This document shows positions 9,583-18,010 of a stretch of DNA of 64,000 nucleotides, one piece after another. Position numbers and translations under genes: made by a program. Below the pieces are notes generated by a model. That model saw only the letters and a program-made list of their open reading frames with translations, did not search any database and had not been told where the DNA came from. Every line of letters starts with the position of its first letter. Position 1 is the first letter of the stretch. The DNA comes from a virus. Its lineage: Duplodnaviria > Caudoviricetes. The stretch is taken from the IMG/VR virus record IMGVR_UViG_3300035182_002389, positions 64,001 through 128,000 of that record; one strand, written 5' to 3'.

Positions 9583-9882
9583 ATGAAGACGACGCAGAAA
9601 CGCGGGATCACGGAGACGACCGTCACCTTTCGGATGTCGAGCGCGCTCAAAGAGGAGGTCGCCTCTTTCGCGCGCGAGCGTGGCGAGACGATGACGGCGT
9701 TCGTCTGCCGCGCCTTGCACGACGCGACCAGACCCGGCGTCCGCGCCGAGGTCATCGAAGAGAAACTCGCCGCCCGCATGAGCGAGCGCGAAGGAGAGCT
9801 TCGCGAGCAGCTCCTCGAAACCCAAGCCGACCTCGACGCCGCGAAACGTGTCATCGCGCGTCTGAAGGGGATCGGGCCATGA
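9583..9882 (+). CDS. ribbon-helix-helix/CopG-like DNA-binding protein with coiled coil
   Basis: TVTFRMSSALKEEVASFARERGETMTAFVCRAL fits the beta-alpha-alpha RHH pattern. Confidence 0.65.
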   Translation: MKTTQKRGITETTVTFRMSSALKEEVASFARERGETMTAFVCRALHDATRPGVRAEVIEEKLAARMSEREGELREQLLETQADLDAAKRVIARLKGIGP

Positions 9883-10295
9883 ACGGGCGTACGGGAATCT
9901 TCCAGCCTCGCCTCGGGGACTACGGTCGCTGCACGGCGCGCCATCGCGTCGGCGACAAGACCTTCCGCTGCTCGAACAAGGGCAGGCGCGTCGAGCGTTT
10001 CGTCGGCGGCGAAGACCAGTGGACGATCATCTGCCCCCTGCACGGGCTCACCAAGGAAGAGGAGCGCATGGGTAAGGAGAACTACGGCGAGGGCGAGGAT
10101 CGCGACGTCCCCGAAGAACCGTACCGCCAACAGCACGACATCTGGTGCGACGCGCGGCCGACCGACGTCCACTGCCAGTGGGTCGAGAACGTCGGCATGA
10201 CGGTCATCGACTGCGTGGCGGCTCGGAGGCGCGAGTTCCTGAGCGACCGCAACGCCCGTCCTCGCGCGCATGACGAAGGTGAGGGCGTGCCGTGA
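9879..10295 (+). CDS. Cys/His-rich hypothetical protein
   Basis: ATGA coupling; C..C..CxxH. Confidence 0.55.
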   Translation: MNGRTGIFQPRLGDYGRCTARHRVGDKTFRCSNKGRRVERFVGGEDQWTIICPLHGLTKEEERMGKENYGEGEDRDVPEEPYRQQHDIWCDARPTDVHCQWVENVGMTVIDCVAARRREFLSDRNARPRAHDEGEGVP

Positions 10296-10504
10296 GCGCG
10301 GACCTGTGCACCGTCTGCCGCCTTCGGCCGAAAGACGGGATGCTCTTCTGCGAACCGTGTCGCAGGAGCTACGACAAGGCCCTGATGAGCGACACCACCA
10401 TCTACGGCGCGATTCGATGGGCGGCGGAACGCGCTCGTCGCTTCGCGCGTGAGCAGGCGCGCGAAGGTCAGGTCCGCTACCTGCGCGGCAAGAGGCTCGC
10501 ATGA
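10292..10504 (+). CDS. small zinc-finger protein
   Basis: CTVC...CEPC; GTGA coupling. Confidence 0.6.
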   Translation: MSADLCTVCRLRPKDGMLFCEPCRRSYDKALMSDTTIYGAIRWAAERARRFAREQAREGQVRYLRGKRLA

Positions 10505-10713
10505 GCTTGCTCTACGATCTCACGAACTGCGAGCACCCCGACGATCGACGCGCGCAGGCGATGCTCACGAACGGGGTCATGCAGTGGTGCGCTTGCTGCG
10601 GCGCGTGCCGTCTTCTGCAAGGGCAGCATCCGGGACCGTGGCGGCGCCCCGATCTCGTGGAGGCTGCCATTCGCCGCGTCGTTGCGGCAGCGAAAGACGA
10701 GGATGCTTCATGA
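10501..10713 (+). CDS. small Cys-rich protein
   Basis: CEH...CACCGAC; ATGA coupling. Confidence 0.55.
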   Translation: MSLLYDLTNCEHPDDRRAQAMLTNGVMQWCACCGACRLLQGQHPGPWRRPDLVEAAIRRVVAAAKDEDAS

Positions 10714-10961
10714 AGGTCTACATGGTCGACGGGCCCTACAAGGTCTTCGTCACGTGCACGTGCATGAAGTGCAAGGCCGAGTACCCAGCCTCGACGCCCG
10801 AGGTCATGCGCGGCCCGGGGCTCGTCGAAGACATCGGCATCTACCGCACCCCGTGCCCGAAGTGTGGTGAGGCCGAACGTGTGATGACCGTCGGCACGCC
10901 GGAACCCTTCAAGGGCCCATCGCCGTGGGCCGGCAAGACCGGCATCGAAAGTTGGCACTGA
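10710..10961 (+). CDS. zinc-ribbon protein
   Basis: CMKC...CPKC; ATGA coupling. Confidence 0.6.
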   Translation: MKVYMVDGPYKVFVTCTCMKCKAEYPASTPEVMRGPGLVEDIGIYRTPCPKCGEAERVMTVGTPEPFKGPSPWAGKTGIESWH

Positions 10962-10962
10962 C

Positions 10963-11910
10963 ATGAGCGACCCTCGCGAACCGACCAAAGAAGACCGCAT
11001 CTACGCGGCACGCGTGACGGGTACCTACCACCACGAGTCCATCAAGAGCTGGATCGAGACGGGCGTTCAAACGGAGGGAACGCCGTCGGAGGATCAGGAA
11101 ACGACCTACGAGCTGGCCGACCGCTTCGCGCGGGTCCGTCTCGAAGGCCGCGCGGCGGGATTCCACGTCGGCTACGAGGACGCCCTGCACAACGTCGAGG
11201 GCGCCATCGCATCGAGCTACTGCTGGCCGGGCGACTGGCGCGAGCACGAGCTGGATCCTGTCCGGTGCGCGAAGGGCATCATCGAAGAAGCATGCAAGGA
11301 GATGCCGGACGCCGAGACGGCGACCGCATGGGTCTGGCGCTTCGAGATGAACGAGGAGCTGTTCGCGGCCGACGAGCGCGGGTTCCGACGCGGCGCCAAG
11401 GTGTGCGGCGCCGTTCTCGGCGACATGTTTCATGGAACGGAGCACGAGACGCTCTGCGAGCTTCCTCGCGAGCACACGGGGCTGCACGAGAAGACGGACG
11501 TCAACGCGCGCTCGACCGTCTCGTGGGGCTCGTGGGGCATCACGGAAGTCGCCCCGCAAGTGATCCCGGAAGTGATCCCGGAAGTCGTCTCGAAGAAGCG
11601 CGAGCCCTGCGATTGCGACCAAGGCTGGGTCCGTCGCTACCTCCCCGACCGCGAGGAGCGCTGTCGCAAATGCAATCCCCTACGCCACAGGGTCGACGAG
11701 TTCGGGCCCGACAGCAACGGGCGCTGCACGGCGTGCCTTTCGCGCGCTGCGTCCGAGCGCCGCATCCCGGACCGAAAGATCCCCTGCCCCGCGCACGGGC
11801 ACATGGGCGACGGGGCTCGGTGCCGCCAGTGCGAGACCCGGCCCGCTGTCGGCGAACCTCCCATCGGTCTCGACGGTCTCTGTGCAGAATGCTGGAAGAA
11901 GGGGCGATGA
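10963..11910 (+). CDS. multi-domain Cys-rich hypothetical protein
   Basis: 315 aa with several CxxC/CxH clusters and a PEVI tandem. Confidence 0.6.
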   Translation: MSDPREPTKEDRIYAARVTGTYHHESIKSWIETGVQTEGTPSEDQETTYELADRFARVRLEGRAAGFHVGYEDALHNVEGAIASSYCWPGDWREHELDPVRCAKGIIEEACKEMPDAETATAWVWRFEMNEELFAADERGFRRGAKVCGAVLGDMFHGTEHETLCELPREHTGLHEKTDVNARSTVSWGSWGITEVAPQVIPEVIPEVVSKKREPCDCDQGWVRRYLPDREERCRKCNPLRHRVDEFGPDSNGRCTACLSRAASERRIPDRKIPCPAHGHMGDGARCRQCETRPAVGEPPIGLDGLCAECWKKGR

Positions 11911-12098
11911 CCTTCTTTGGCAACTACGAGAAGAGCACATGCTGCTTCTGCAAGCGGAGCATCTCGAAGACGAACTGCTCGAAACACGGGGCCGCGTGCT
12001 GGCCGAAGTACGTCGTCGTGATGCTCGCCATCCACGGGGAAGGCTGGGCGCACGAGATTCTTCACGGGCGCAGCTACCCCGTCGAAGAAGTAGATTGA
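11907..12098 (+). CDS. small zinc-finger protein
   Basis: CCFC...HGAAC; ATGA coupling. Confidence 0.55.
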   Translation: MTFFGNYEKSTCCFCKRSISKTNCSKHGAACWPKYVVVMLAIHGEGWAHEILHGRSYPVEEVD

Positions 12099-12118
12099 CA
12101 GGTACATTACTTAGTGCG
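12095..12118 (+). promoter_or_regulatory. early-type promoter motif, copy 3
   Basis: TTGACA-GGTACATTAC-TTAGTG upstream of the ATPase. Confidence 0.5.
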
Positions 12119-12132
12119 ACTATCGGCCCAAG

Positions 12133-13083
12133 ATGATCGAGTCCATCACGGTCAAGAACCCGAAAGCGACGGCGGTCGGCTGGTTCGAGAAGGTGTTCCC
12201 GCAAGGGCTCACCATGAAGTTCTCCCCCGGGCTCAACGTGCTCTGGGGCGCGAACGGCTCGGGGAAAAGCACCATCCTTCGCCTGATCGCGAAGATGCTC
12301 CACTGCGAGCAGGGCTACGAGCCCGTCGTCACGAGCGAGTCGATGCGCTCGTTGACGCCCAGGTACGCAGACCGTTCCTCTTCGTCCAAGGAGGCGACGA
12401 GGAAGGAGAGGTTCGACGCCGTGCAGCTCGTGCACTCGGGCCTCGGCACCTGCCTGTTCGACCCCGACCACAAGGTCGGCCTCATCGGCGGCGCGTTCGA
12501 TGACGATTTCTTCTCGCAGGGGCTCATGAACACGATGTTCCGGGGCTCGTCGGGGCAGGGCACCATGCACCGCTTCGATCGGGTGCTCGTGCGCGCGATG
12601 TCCGGCAAGGCGCCCGAGGTCGTCTGGAAGGTGCGCAAGGAAGACGCGACGAAGCCTCTCAAGGCCGGGGCGTCGGACTACGACATCGAGCGCCACGAGC
12701 AGGCGAAATGGGTCCTCGACACGCTCGCGGGCGACCCCACCATCGCGGACGCGGAGCGCCCCACGTTCATGATGGACGAGCCCGACCGCAGCCTCGACAT
12801 CCTGCGCCAGAAGAGCATCTGGCACATGCTGCGATGCGCCTCGCAGCGCTCGCAGATCATCGTCGCCGCGCACTCGCTGTTCGCGCTCGGTCTCCCCGAG
12901 GCGACGTACCACAAGCTCGGGGCGCCGGGCGCTCCCGCGGACCTCTACTACGACCGCTCGCTCGCGCAGGTCGCGGAGCTGCCCACGTGGCCTTCGATGA
13001 AGATCGAGATGAGCGCGGGCCAGAAAAAGGCCATCGACGCGGCCGTCAAGGACCAAGAGAAAAACAAGGACCCGTTCGGATGA
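12133..13083 (+). CDS. ABC/AAA-type ATPase (AAA_21-like, no TM partner)
   Basis: Walker A GANGSGKS, signature-like SSGQG, Walker B MMDEPD, H-loop VAAHS. Confidence 0.85.
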   Translation: MIESITVKNPKATAVGWFEKVFPQGLTMKFSPGLNVLWGANGSGKSTILRLIAKMLHCEQGYEPVVTSESMRSLTPRYADRSSSSKEATRKERFDAVQLVHSGLGTCLFDPDHKVGLIGGAFDDDFFSQGLMNTMFRGSSGQGTMHRFDRVLVRAMSGKAPEVVWKVRKEDATKPLKAGASDYDIERHEQAKWVLDTLAGDPTIADAERPTFMMDEPDRSLDILRQKSIWHMLRCASQRSQIIVAAHSLFALGLPEATYHKLGAPGAPADLYYDRSLAQVAELPTWPSMKIEMSAGQKKAIDAAVKDQEKNKDPFG

Positions 13084-13271
13084 CCGTTCTGCACCTCGGC
13101 CCCGCTGTCCTGCCCGCGTGGACGTGGCCCGAAGAGGCCACCTACAACACCTGGCACATGGAGCTTCGCAACGACAAGCTCGACCTGCACCACGGCTTCT
13201 ACCTGCTGCTCGCCTACCTCTCGGGCGCGTACTACCCCACCGCCACCATCTCGGAGGGAAACGAGCCGTGA
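13080..13271 (+). CDS. small hypothetical protein
   Basis: ATGA coupling; MTVLHLGPAVLPAW. Confidence 0.5.
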   Translation: MTVLHLGPAVLPAWTWPEEATYNTWHMELRNDKLDLHHGFYLLLAYLSGAYYPTATISEGNEP

Positions 13272-13489
13272 GCGCCCTGAACTGCACTGGCCCGCGCGAC
13301 GGGCAGCCTTTCGCCGAGCGGTGCGGGCTGCCGGCAGCGTACCGCACGCCGAGCGGCGATCGGTGCGAGGCGTGCGCCGAGCGCGAGAAGGCTGCCATCC
13401 GTGACGGCGCGTGCATCCTCGCGATCCTGGCCGACAAGAAGGGCGTTTCACGTGAAACGTTGCTCGCGAAGTACGTGAGGATCCAATGA
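13268..13489 (+). CDS. small Cys-containing hypothetical protein
   Basis: GTGA coupling; CEAC. Confidence 0.5.
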   Translation: MSALNCTGPRDGQPFAERCGLPAAYRTPSGDRCEACAEREKAAIRDGACILAILADKKGVSRETLLAKYVRIQ

Positions 13490-13845
13490 GCGACGACGCA
13501 ATCATCGAACCGCCCGCGCCCGCGACCATCGAAAGTTCCGCGTCCACCGAGGAAGGCGTTTCCGAAGCCTTTGATGTGAGCAACGTCGTGCATCTCGTGC
13601 CTCGCGCGCACGAGGACAAGTGGCCCGAGGCGACCGAGTTCCTCAAGCAGCTCGTCGCGATGTCCGAGCGCGGAGAGCTTGCCCAGATCGGCATCGTCTT
13701 CGAGCGCGTCGACACGGTGTCGAGCTTTCGCGCCATCTTCCGGCCGGGGTCGAGGCCGGCCCGTCTCCTTGGCGAGCTGGAAGTCATGCGCACCGCCATC
13801 GCCATCCACCTCTGCCCGCGCCCCACGACCGAGGTCAAACCATGA
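13486..13845 (+). CDS. hypothetical protein
   Basis: ATGA coupling; coding-like 119 aa. Confidence 0.6.
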   Translation: MSDDAIIEPPAPATIESSASTEEGVSEAFDVSNVVHLVPRAHEDKWPEATEFLKQLVAMSERGELAQIGIVFERVDTVSSFRAIFRPGSRPARLLGELEVMRTAIAIHLCPRPTTEVKP

Positions 13846-13974
13846 CCGACAAGCACGAGCCCGCGCGCCTCGATTTCGACCGGATCCGCGAGCGAAGTCG
13901 CAACTCGAAACCATCTGCCCAACGAATAAATCGCCGTTATACGCAGGACCGATGAACTCGACGTATAACGCGAG

Positions 13975-14065
13975 CGCGAGACGGGACGAAAAGGACGGCC
14001 TTCGGCCGAGCACGGGCTTCGCCCGAGGACGCGCCTTCGGCGCGAGAACGGCCTGCGGCCGAGGC
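13975..14065 (+). repeat. dispersed repeat family C, copy 1 (tandem TTCG-loop mini-hairpins)
   Basis: GACGAAAAGGAC-GGCCttcGGCC-GAGCAC-GGGCttcGCCC-GAGGAC-GCGCCttcGGCGC-GAGAAC-GGCCtgcGGCC; recurs at 49568 and 61661. Confidence 0.85.
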
Positions 14066-14082
14066 GAAAAGGAACGACGAAC

Positions 14083-14466
14083 ATGACGTATGACGAGATT
14101 TCGCCGACCATGCGCCAGGCCCTCGCGACCTGGGAGGCGTTCCGGCGCCTCGGGTTCTCGGCCGCCGACATCTTCTCGATGATTGCGAAGACCCTCGCGC
14201 GCGAGGAGGACGGCCGCGTCGTCGAGGTCTTGGCCTTCTTCATCGCCCTCCGATCGCAGGGTCGAGAGTTCTCCATCACCATCGGCGAGATCGAGGACGC
14301 GGACGCGGCCGAAGCCGAGTGGGCCCGTGTCGCGAACGCTCTACCAGGCATGGACGAAGAAACGGTCCGCCGCATCTGGTTCGAGAGCGAAATCTGCGGC
14401 CGGCTCGTCGCGCTCGGTCAGTCGCTCGCGGCCAAGGGCTTTCACATCCCCATCCTCGGCAACTGA
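14083..14466 (+). CDS. hypothetical protein
   Basis: SD AAGGA; MTYDEISPTMRQALATWEAFRRLGF. Confidence 0.65.
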   Translation: MTYDEISPTMRQALATWEAFRRLGFSAADIFSMIAKTLAREEDGRVVEVLAFFIALRSQGREFSITIGEIEDADAAEAEWARVANALPGMDEETVRRIWFESEICGRLVALGQSLAAKGFHIPILGN

Positions 14467-14468
14467 AC

Positions 14469-14606
14469 ATGCTCGACGTCCAGAAGCTTCGCGAGGAGTT
14501 TGAGAAGGCCGCGGCGCTGCTCGCTTCGATGCCGCCGTGGTTTCAGACCATGAGAGCGAGGCGCCTCGCCTACCTCCAGTACATCGCGAACCAGAAGAAC
14601 CTGTAG
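14469..14606 (+). CDS. small hypothetical protein
   Basis: MLDVQKLREEF...; fills the gap between neighbours. Confidence 0.5.
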   Translation: MLDVQKLREEFEKAAALLASMPPWFQTMRARRLAYLQYIANQKNL

Positions 14607-14623
14607 GCCCGAGGAGCAAGACC

Positions 14624-14890
14624 ATGTGCGAGTGCATTCAGCGCGCGAACGAGATGTTCAAAGAGCACAACATTCGCATCGTCACGCCCATGACGATCGA
14701 CGACAAGCGCAGGCTTGGCCCGCTTGCGAAGGCGACCATCCTCACCGAGAGGCTCGACAAGAAGAAGCGCGGCAACCCGATGTCGCTGGTCGCGACCTTC
14801 TGCCCGTTCTGCGGCGTCAAGTACGACGCAGGCAAGGACGAAGACGTGGAGGTCATCGCCGAGTCAAAACCTCGCGCGAAAGTCGTCTGA
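14624..14890 (+). CDS. zinc-binding hypothetical protein
   Basis: SD GAGGAG; MCEC...FCPFCG. Confidence 0.65.
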   Translation: MCECIQRANEMFKEHNIRIVTPMTIDDKRRLGPLAKATILTERLDKKKRGNPMSLVATFCPFCGVKYDAGKDEDVEVIAESKPRAKVV

Positions 14891-14892
14891 TC

Positions 14893-15093
14893 ATGTCGAA
14901 GAACAAAATCGTCGCCGCGCTCGTGCACTTCATCAACTTCGGCATCAGCTCCGACAGCTACTACTCGTGCGGGGAGGGCAAAGAGCACCTCAAGACCGCC
15001 AAGGCCTTCTGGGACGATCAGCACCGGCTCTGCTTCACGATGAAGGGCAAGACCTACAAGTTCGCGTTCGAGTGCGTCGAGGAAGCGACGTGA
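14893..15093 (+). CDS. small hypothetical protein
   Basis: MSKNKIVAALVHF... Confidence 0.5.
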   Translation: MSKNKIVAALVHFINFGISSDSYYSCGEGKEHLKTAKAFWDDQHRLCFTMKGKTYKFAFECVEEAT

Positions 15094-15413
15094 AGGACCC
15101 CATGCCGAGAGACCTCGCCAAGCTCAAGCTCTTCACCGTTTCCGTTTCTCTGAACTTCGACATGGCCGTCTTCGCGGGCGACGAGAAGGAGGCTCGCAAG
15201 GTCGCGCAGCGGCACTGGTCGACCGACGCCGCAGGCCTCGCGGTCGAGCCCGATTTCATGCCCGTCGAGATGACCGAGCAACGCCACACGCGCGGCGACT
15301 GCGACCTCGACATGTTGCCGTGGGCCCCCGAGGGCACCATCTGCGAGAGCGGATGCGAGAACCCGCAGCGCACGCTCGACGAGTACCTGACCGAGCGCGG
15401 CCTCAAGGGATGA
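15090..15413 (+). CDS. hypothetical protein
   Basis: GTGA coupling; acidic. Confidence 0.55.
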   Translation: MKDPMPRDLAKLKLFTVSVSLNFDMAVFAGDEKEARKVAQRHWSTDAAGLAVEPDFMPVEMTEQRHTRGDCDLDMLPWAPEGTICESGCENPQRTLDEYLTERGLKG

Positions 15414-15417
15414 CGCC

Positions 15418-15843
15418 GTGTTCTTGCGCCACGTGAAATATCACTACGTCATCTACGGCGACGGGGACAGCAGCTACGGGCCCATCACGCCGAAGCGTCT
15501 GTCGCCGGGCGCCAAACGATTCTGGAACCGTTATGGGCTCGGGGATGCGGAAGAGGCCGTCGTCGCGTACGAGAACGGCAGGCTCGTCGGCTTTTTTCGC
15601 TTCTCGGTCGGTGAGAGGTTCCGTCTTCGCACCGATCCGATCGCCATCATGCGTCTGGTCGCGGGCGGCACGTGGGTCGACACTTCGGCGCGCCGGCGAG
15701 GGCTCGGCAAACGCATGTGGAAGTACGCCATCGAGCGTACGAAGCCTGCGGAGATCGACGTGTCCGTCGTCAGTCGAGGGGGAGGCGCGCTCATTCAGAG
15801 CCTCCAACGCGACTACCACACGCTTCGATGGGACACGTACTGA
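15418..15843 (+). CDS. GNAT-family acetyltransferase-like protein
   Basis: TWVDTSARRRGLGKRMW matches GNAT motif A (V..R.RG.G). Confidence 0.7.
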   Translation: MFLRHVKYHYVIYGDGDSSYGPITPKRLSPGAKRFWNRYGLGDAEEAVVAYENGRLVGFFRFSVGERFRLRTDPIAIMRLVAGGTWVDTSARRRGLGKRMWKYAIERTKPAEIDVSVVSRGGGALIQSLQRDYHTLRWDTY

Positions 15844-15873
15844 GCGGCAAGCGAAAGTGGTATCGTTTTCGCC

Positions 15874-16770
15874 ATGCTCCCGCACGGCACGATCTACCTC
15901 TCGGGCGCGAGGACCCGTACGCTCGACGCGCAGATGCGGTACGCGAACGACCACGCAAACACGTGGGACGAGGTGCCGCCCATCGGCATCTTGCTCACGC
16001 CGAAGACGGCCGACCGTGACGACGATCTGCGCCCCGGGATGCAGAACGTCTACCACTACGTCGGCATCGACAACGGTTGCTTCACGCCGAGCGGACGCGC
16101 GAGGTTCGCTCAGCTCGGAATGAGTGGCTACCTCGCGCTCGGACAGAGGGCCTTGTCGCTCTGGGGCGACCACGTGCTCTTCATCACGGCGCCCGACGTG
16201 CCGGGCGATTGGGCAGGCACCCTGCGTGCGAGCTTGCCTGTGCTCCCCGCCCTGCGAAGGGCGATGCCCCACTGCGCGGCCATCGTGCTTCAAGACGGCG
16301 CGACGCCCGCGAACATCCCGTGGGACGAGATCGATTGGGTCTTCATCGGGGGCTCGACCGCGTGGAAGGTGTCGGCCTTCGCGCACGCATGCTCAAAAGA
16401 GGCCCACCGTCGCAGAAAAGGCGTTCACATGGGGCGCGTGAACTCGCTCCAGCGCCTTCGGGTCGCAAGCGAGTTCGGGTGCACGTCGGCCGACGGGACC
16501 TACTTGCGCGAGGAGATGATCACGGGCGGCCTCGTCGGGCTCAAGAAGGCCTTGAACATCGCCGTCGACCTTCGAGACCCTCGCGATCGCGCGCGCGGGG
16601 CCAAGCTCATCAAGGAGGCGCTCGCCAAGTACGGGCCCGAGACCGTCGAGGGCCGGGCGATTCGCACGCCCATGCAGGCGTACGAGGCGCGCGCCATCGA
16701 GACGATCTTCACCTGGGCCCGCGACTCCTGGGCTCGGGCGGGCGGGCTACGGGCGCTGCACGGACGCTAG
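15874..16770 (+). CDS. TGT/DpdA-like (transglycosylase-type TIM-barrel) phage protein
   Basis: GIDNGCF, APDVPGD, LQDG, FIGGSTAWK, VHMGRVNS, SADGT motifs resemble phage tRNA-guanine-transglycosylase-like proteins; family recognised from memory. Confidence 0.55.
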   Translation: MLPHGTIYLSGARTRTLDAQMRYANDHANTWDEVPPIGILLTPKTADRDDDLRPGMQNVYHYVGIDNGCFTPSGRARFAQLGMSGYLALGQRALSLWGDHVLFITAPDVPGDWAGTLRASLPVLPALRRAMPHCAAIVLQDGATPANIPWDEIDWVFIGGSTAWKVSAFAHACSKEAHRRRKGVHMGRVNSLQRLRVASEFGCTSADGTYLREEMITGGLVGLKKALNIAVDLRDPRDRARGAKLIKEALAKYGPETVEGRAIRTPMQAYEARAIETIFTWARDSWARAGGLRALHGR

Positions 16771-17144
16771 ACGGGTGCTCGGCGTCGCCATGGCCACGCT
16801 TCCGGCCCGGGGAGCGTCTGGAGACTCCCAGAGGGCAGCTTGACCCTCCGGCCGAACGTCCACGCGGCAGGGTCCGAAAGTCCGTCCACGAAGCGCTGGA
16901 GGTCCCGCGGCACGCCATAGGAGTAGATCACGACCTCAGCCGGCACCGATCGCCGGCCGTCGAGGATGGCCTCGACGACCCGGTGGGCGCCGTCGAGCAC
17001 GTAGAAGCGGCCCGCGCCGATGGCCGCGAGCTGCACAGGCTCGCCCGCATGCTCGCTCACGAGGCCTCGGCGCACGTGAGCGAGCGTATGGACGATCTTC
17101 TCGTCGGTCTGGTAGAGCCGTCGAAGGCTGATCGAAGACGGCAC
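16767..17144 (-). CDS. ParB/Srx-like domain protein (start uncertain, GTG)
   Basis: RFYVLDGAHRVVEAI...VPAEV; no in-frame ATG; 5' end abuts repeat B. Confidence 0.6.
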   Translation of the reverse strand: MPSSISLRRLYQTDEKIVHTLAHVRRGLVSEHAGEPVQLAAIGAGRFYVLDGAHRVVEAILDGRRSVPAEVVIYSYGVPRDLQRFVDGLSDPAAWTFGRRVKLPSGSLQTLPGPEAWPWRRRAPV

Positions 17145-17158
17145 AGGCAACCTCTTCT

Positions 17159-17379
17159 TCCCCGTTCCCGTTCCCGTTCCCGTTCCCGTTCCCAGCGCGC
17201 CAAAGGCGCGCGTTCCCGTTCCCGTTCCCGTTCCCGTTCCCGTTCCCGTTCCCGTTCCCGTTCCCAGCGCACCAAAGGCGCGCGTTCCCGTTCCCGACTC
17301 CCGAGCGAGACGAGATCGGGCAGCGGGAACGCTCGCTTCGCGAGCTGGAACGGGAACGCTCGCTTTGCTCGCTGGAACG
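17159..17379. repeat. dispersed repeat family B, copy 1: (GTTCCC)n arms plus GAGATCGGG...GGGAAC hairpin core
   Basis: about 5, 9 and 2 GTTCCC units separated by GCGCGCC-AAA-GGCGCGC hairpins, then GAGACGAGATCGGG...GGGAACGCTCGCttcGCGAGC. Confidence 0.9.
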
Positions 17380-17386
17380 AGGACGA

Positions 17387-17926
17387 TCAGGCCGACTTGA
17401 CCGCGAGCGCGGGCACGTCGTCGGGCGTGAGCAGGACGACGGACTTGTCCGTCGTCGCCCGGATGGCGCTGAGCAGGTCTGCGCCCTTGAGCGCGCGCAC
17501 CGGCACGTTGGCGAGCGTCCCGCCCTGCTGGTAGCCGCCGAGGGTGTAGTCCGGGATGACGATCGTGTAGCCGTTCTGCGCGAGGAGCTTGAAGACGTCC
17601 GCGGCCGACTGGCCTGCCGGAATCGTCTGCCCAGCGGCCGGCGACAGCATCGAGATTTCGATGGCCGTCATCGTCGAGTTCGCGCCCTGCTTGTAGCCGA
17701 ACGCGCCGAAGCCGTAGCCCCCGCCGCTCATGAGCAGATCCGCGTCGGACTTCGCGAGCTTGACGGCCTGCACTTCGGGGAGCTTGTACTCGGGCGTCGC
17801 GGCCACGGGCGGCGGCAGCGCGGGCGCACCTCCCGCCGTCGGGGCGGCCGGCTTCTTCTTGTAGTAGTAGACGCCGACACCGATGGCGCCGGCACCGGCG
17901 AGGAGGAGGAGCGTAGAGGTCTTCAT
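17387..17926 (-). CDS. N-terminally membrane-anchored protein
   Basis: LLLLAGAGAIGVGVYYYKKK then Pro/Ala linker. Confidence 0.75.
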   Translation of the reverse strand: MKTSTLLLLAGAGAIGVGVYYYKKKPAAPTAGGAPALPPPVAATPEYKLPEVQAVKLAKSDADLLMSGGGYGFGAFGYKQGANSTMTAIEISMLSPAAGQTIPAGQSAADVFKLLAQNGYTIVIPDYTLGGYQQGGTLANVPVRALKGADLLSAIRATTDKSVVLLTPDDVPALAVKSA

Positions 17927-17953
17927 GGGTTCTCCGAGGGACAGGGACGTGAT

Positions 17954-18008
17954 GAGAAATCGGGAACGGGGACGGGAACGCTCGCTGCGCGAGCTGGAAA
18001 AGGGGACG
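17954..18008 (+). repeat. dispersed repeat family B, copy 2
   Basis: GAGAAATCGGGAACGGGGACGGGAACGCTCGCtgcGCGAGCTGGAA. Confidence 0.8.
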
Positions 18009-18010
18009 GA

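Noticed and set aside
13935-13970. CGTTATACG...CGTATAACG inverted repeat as a terminator or operator
   Set aside because: It is a single occurrence with a long loop and no U-tract, so a function cannot be supported.
11680-14013. 777-aa - strand ORF and other long antisense ORFs (3465..5414, 16767..18806, 24387..26852, 49877..52111)
   Set aside because: These are Arg/Gly/Ala-rich shadows of real opposite-strand or other-frame genes in high-GC DNA, with no motifs.
17159-17295. (GTTCCC)n tract as a CRISPR array or telomere
   Set aside because: The units are 6 bp with no unique spacers, there are no cas genes, the position is internal, and the tract is part of dispersed repeat B.
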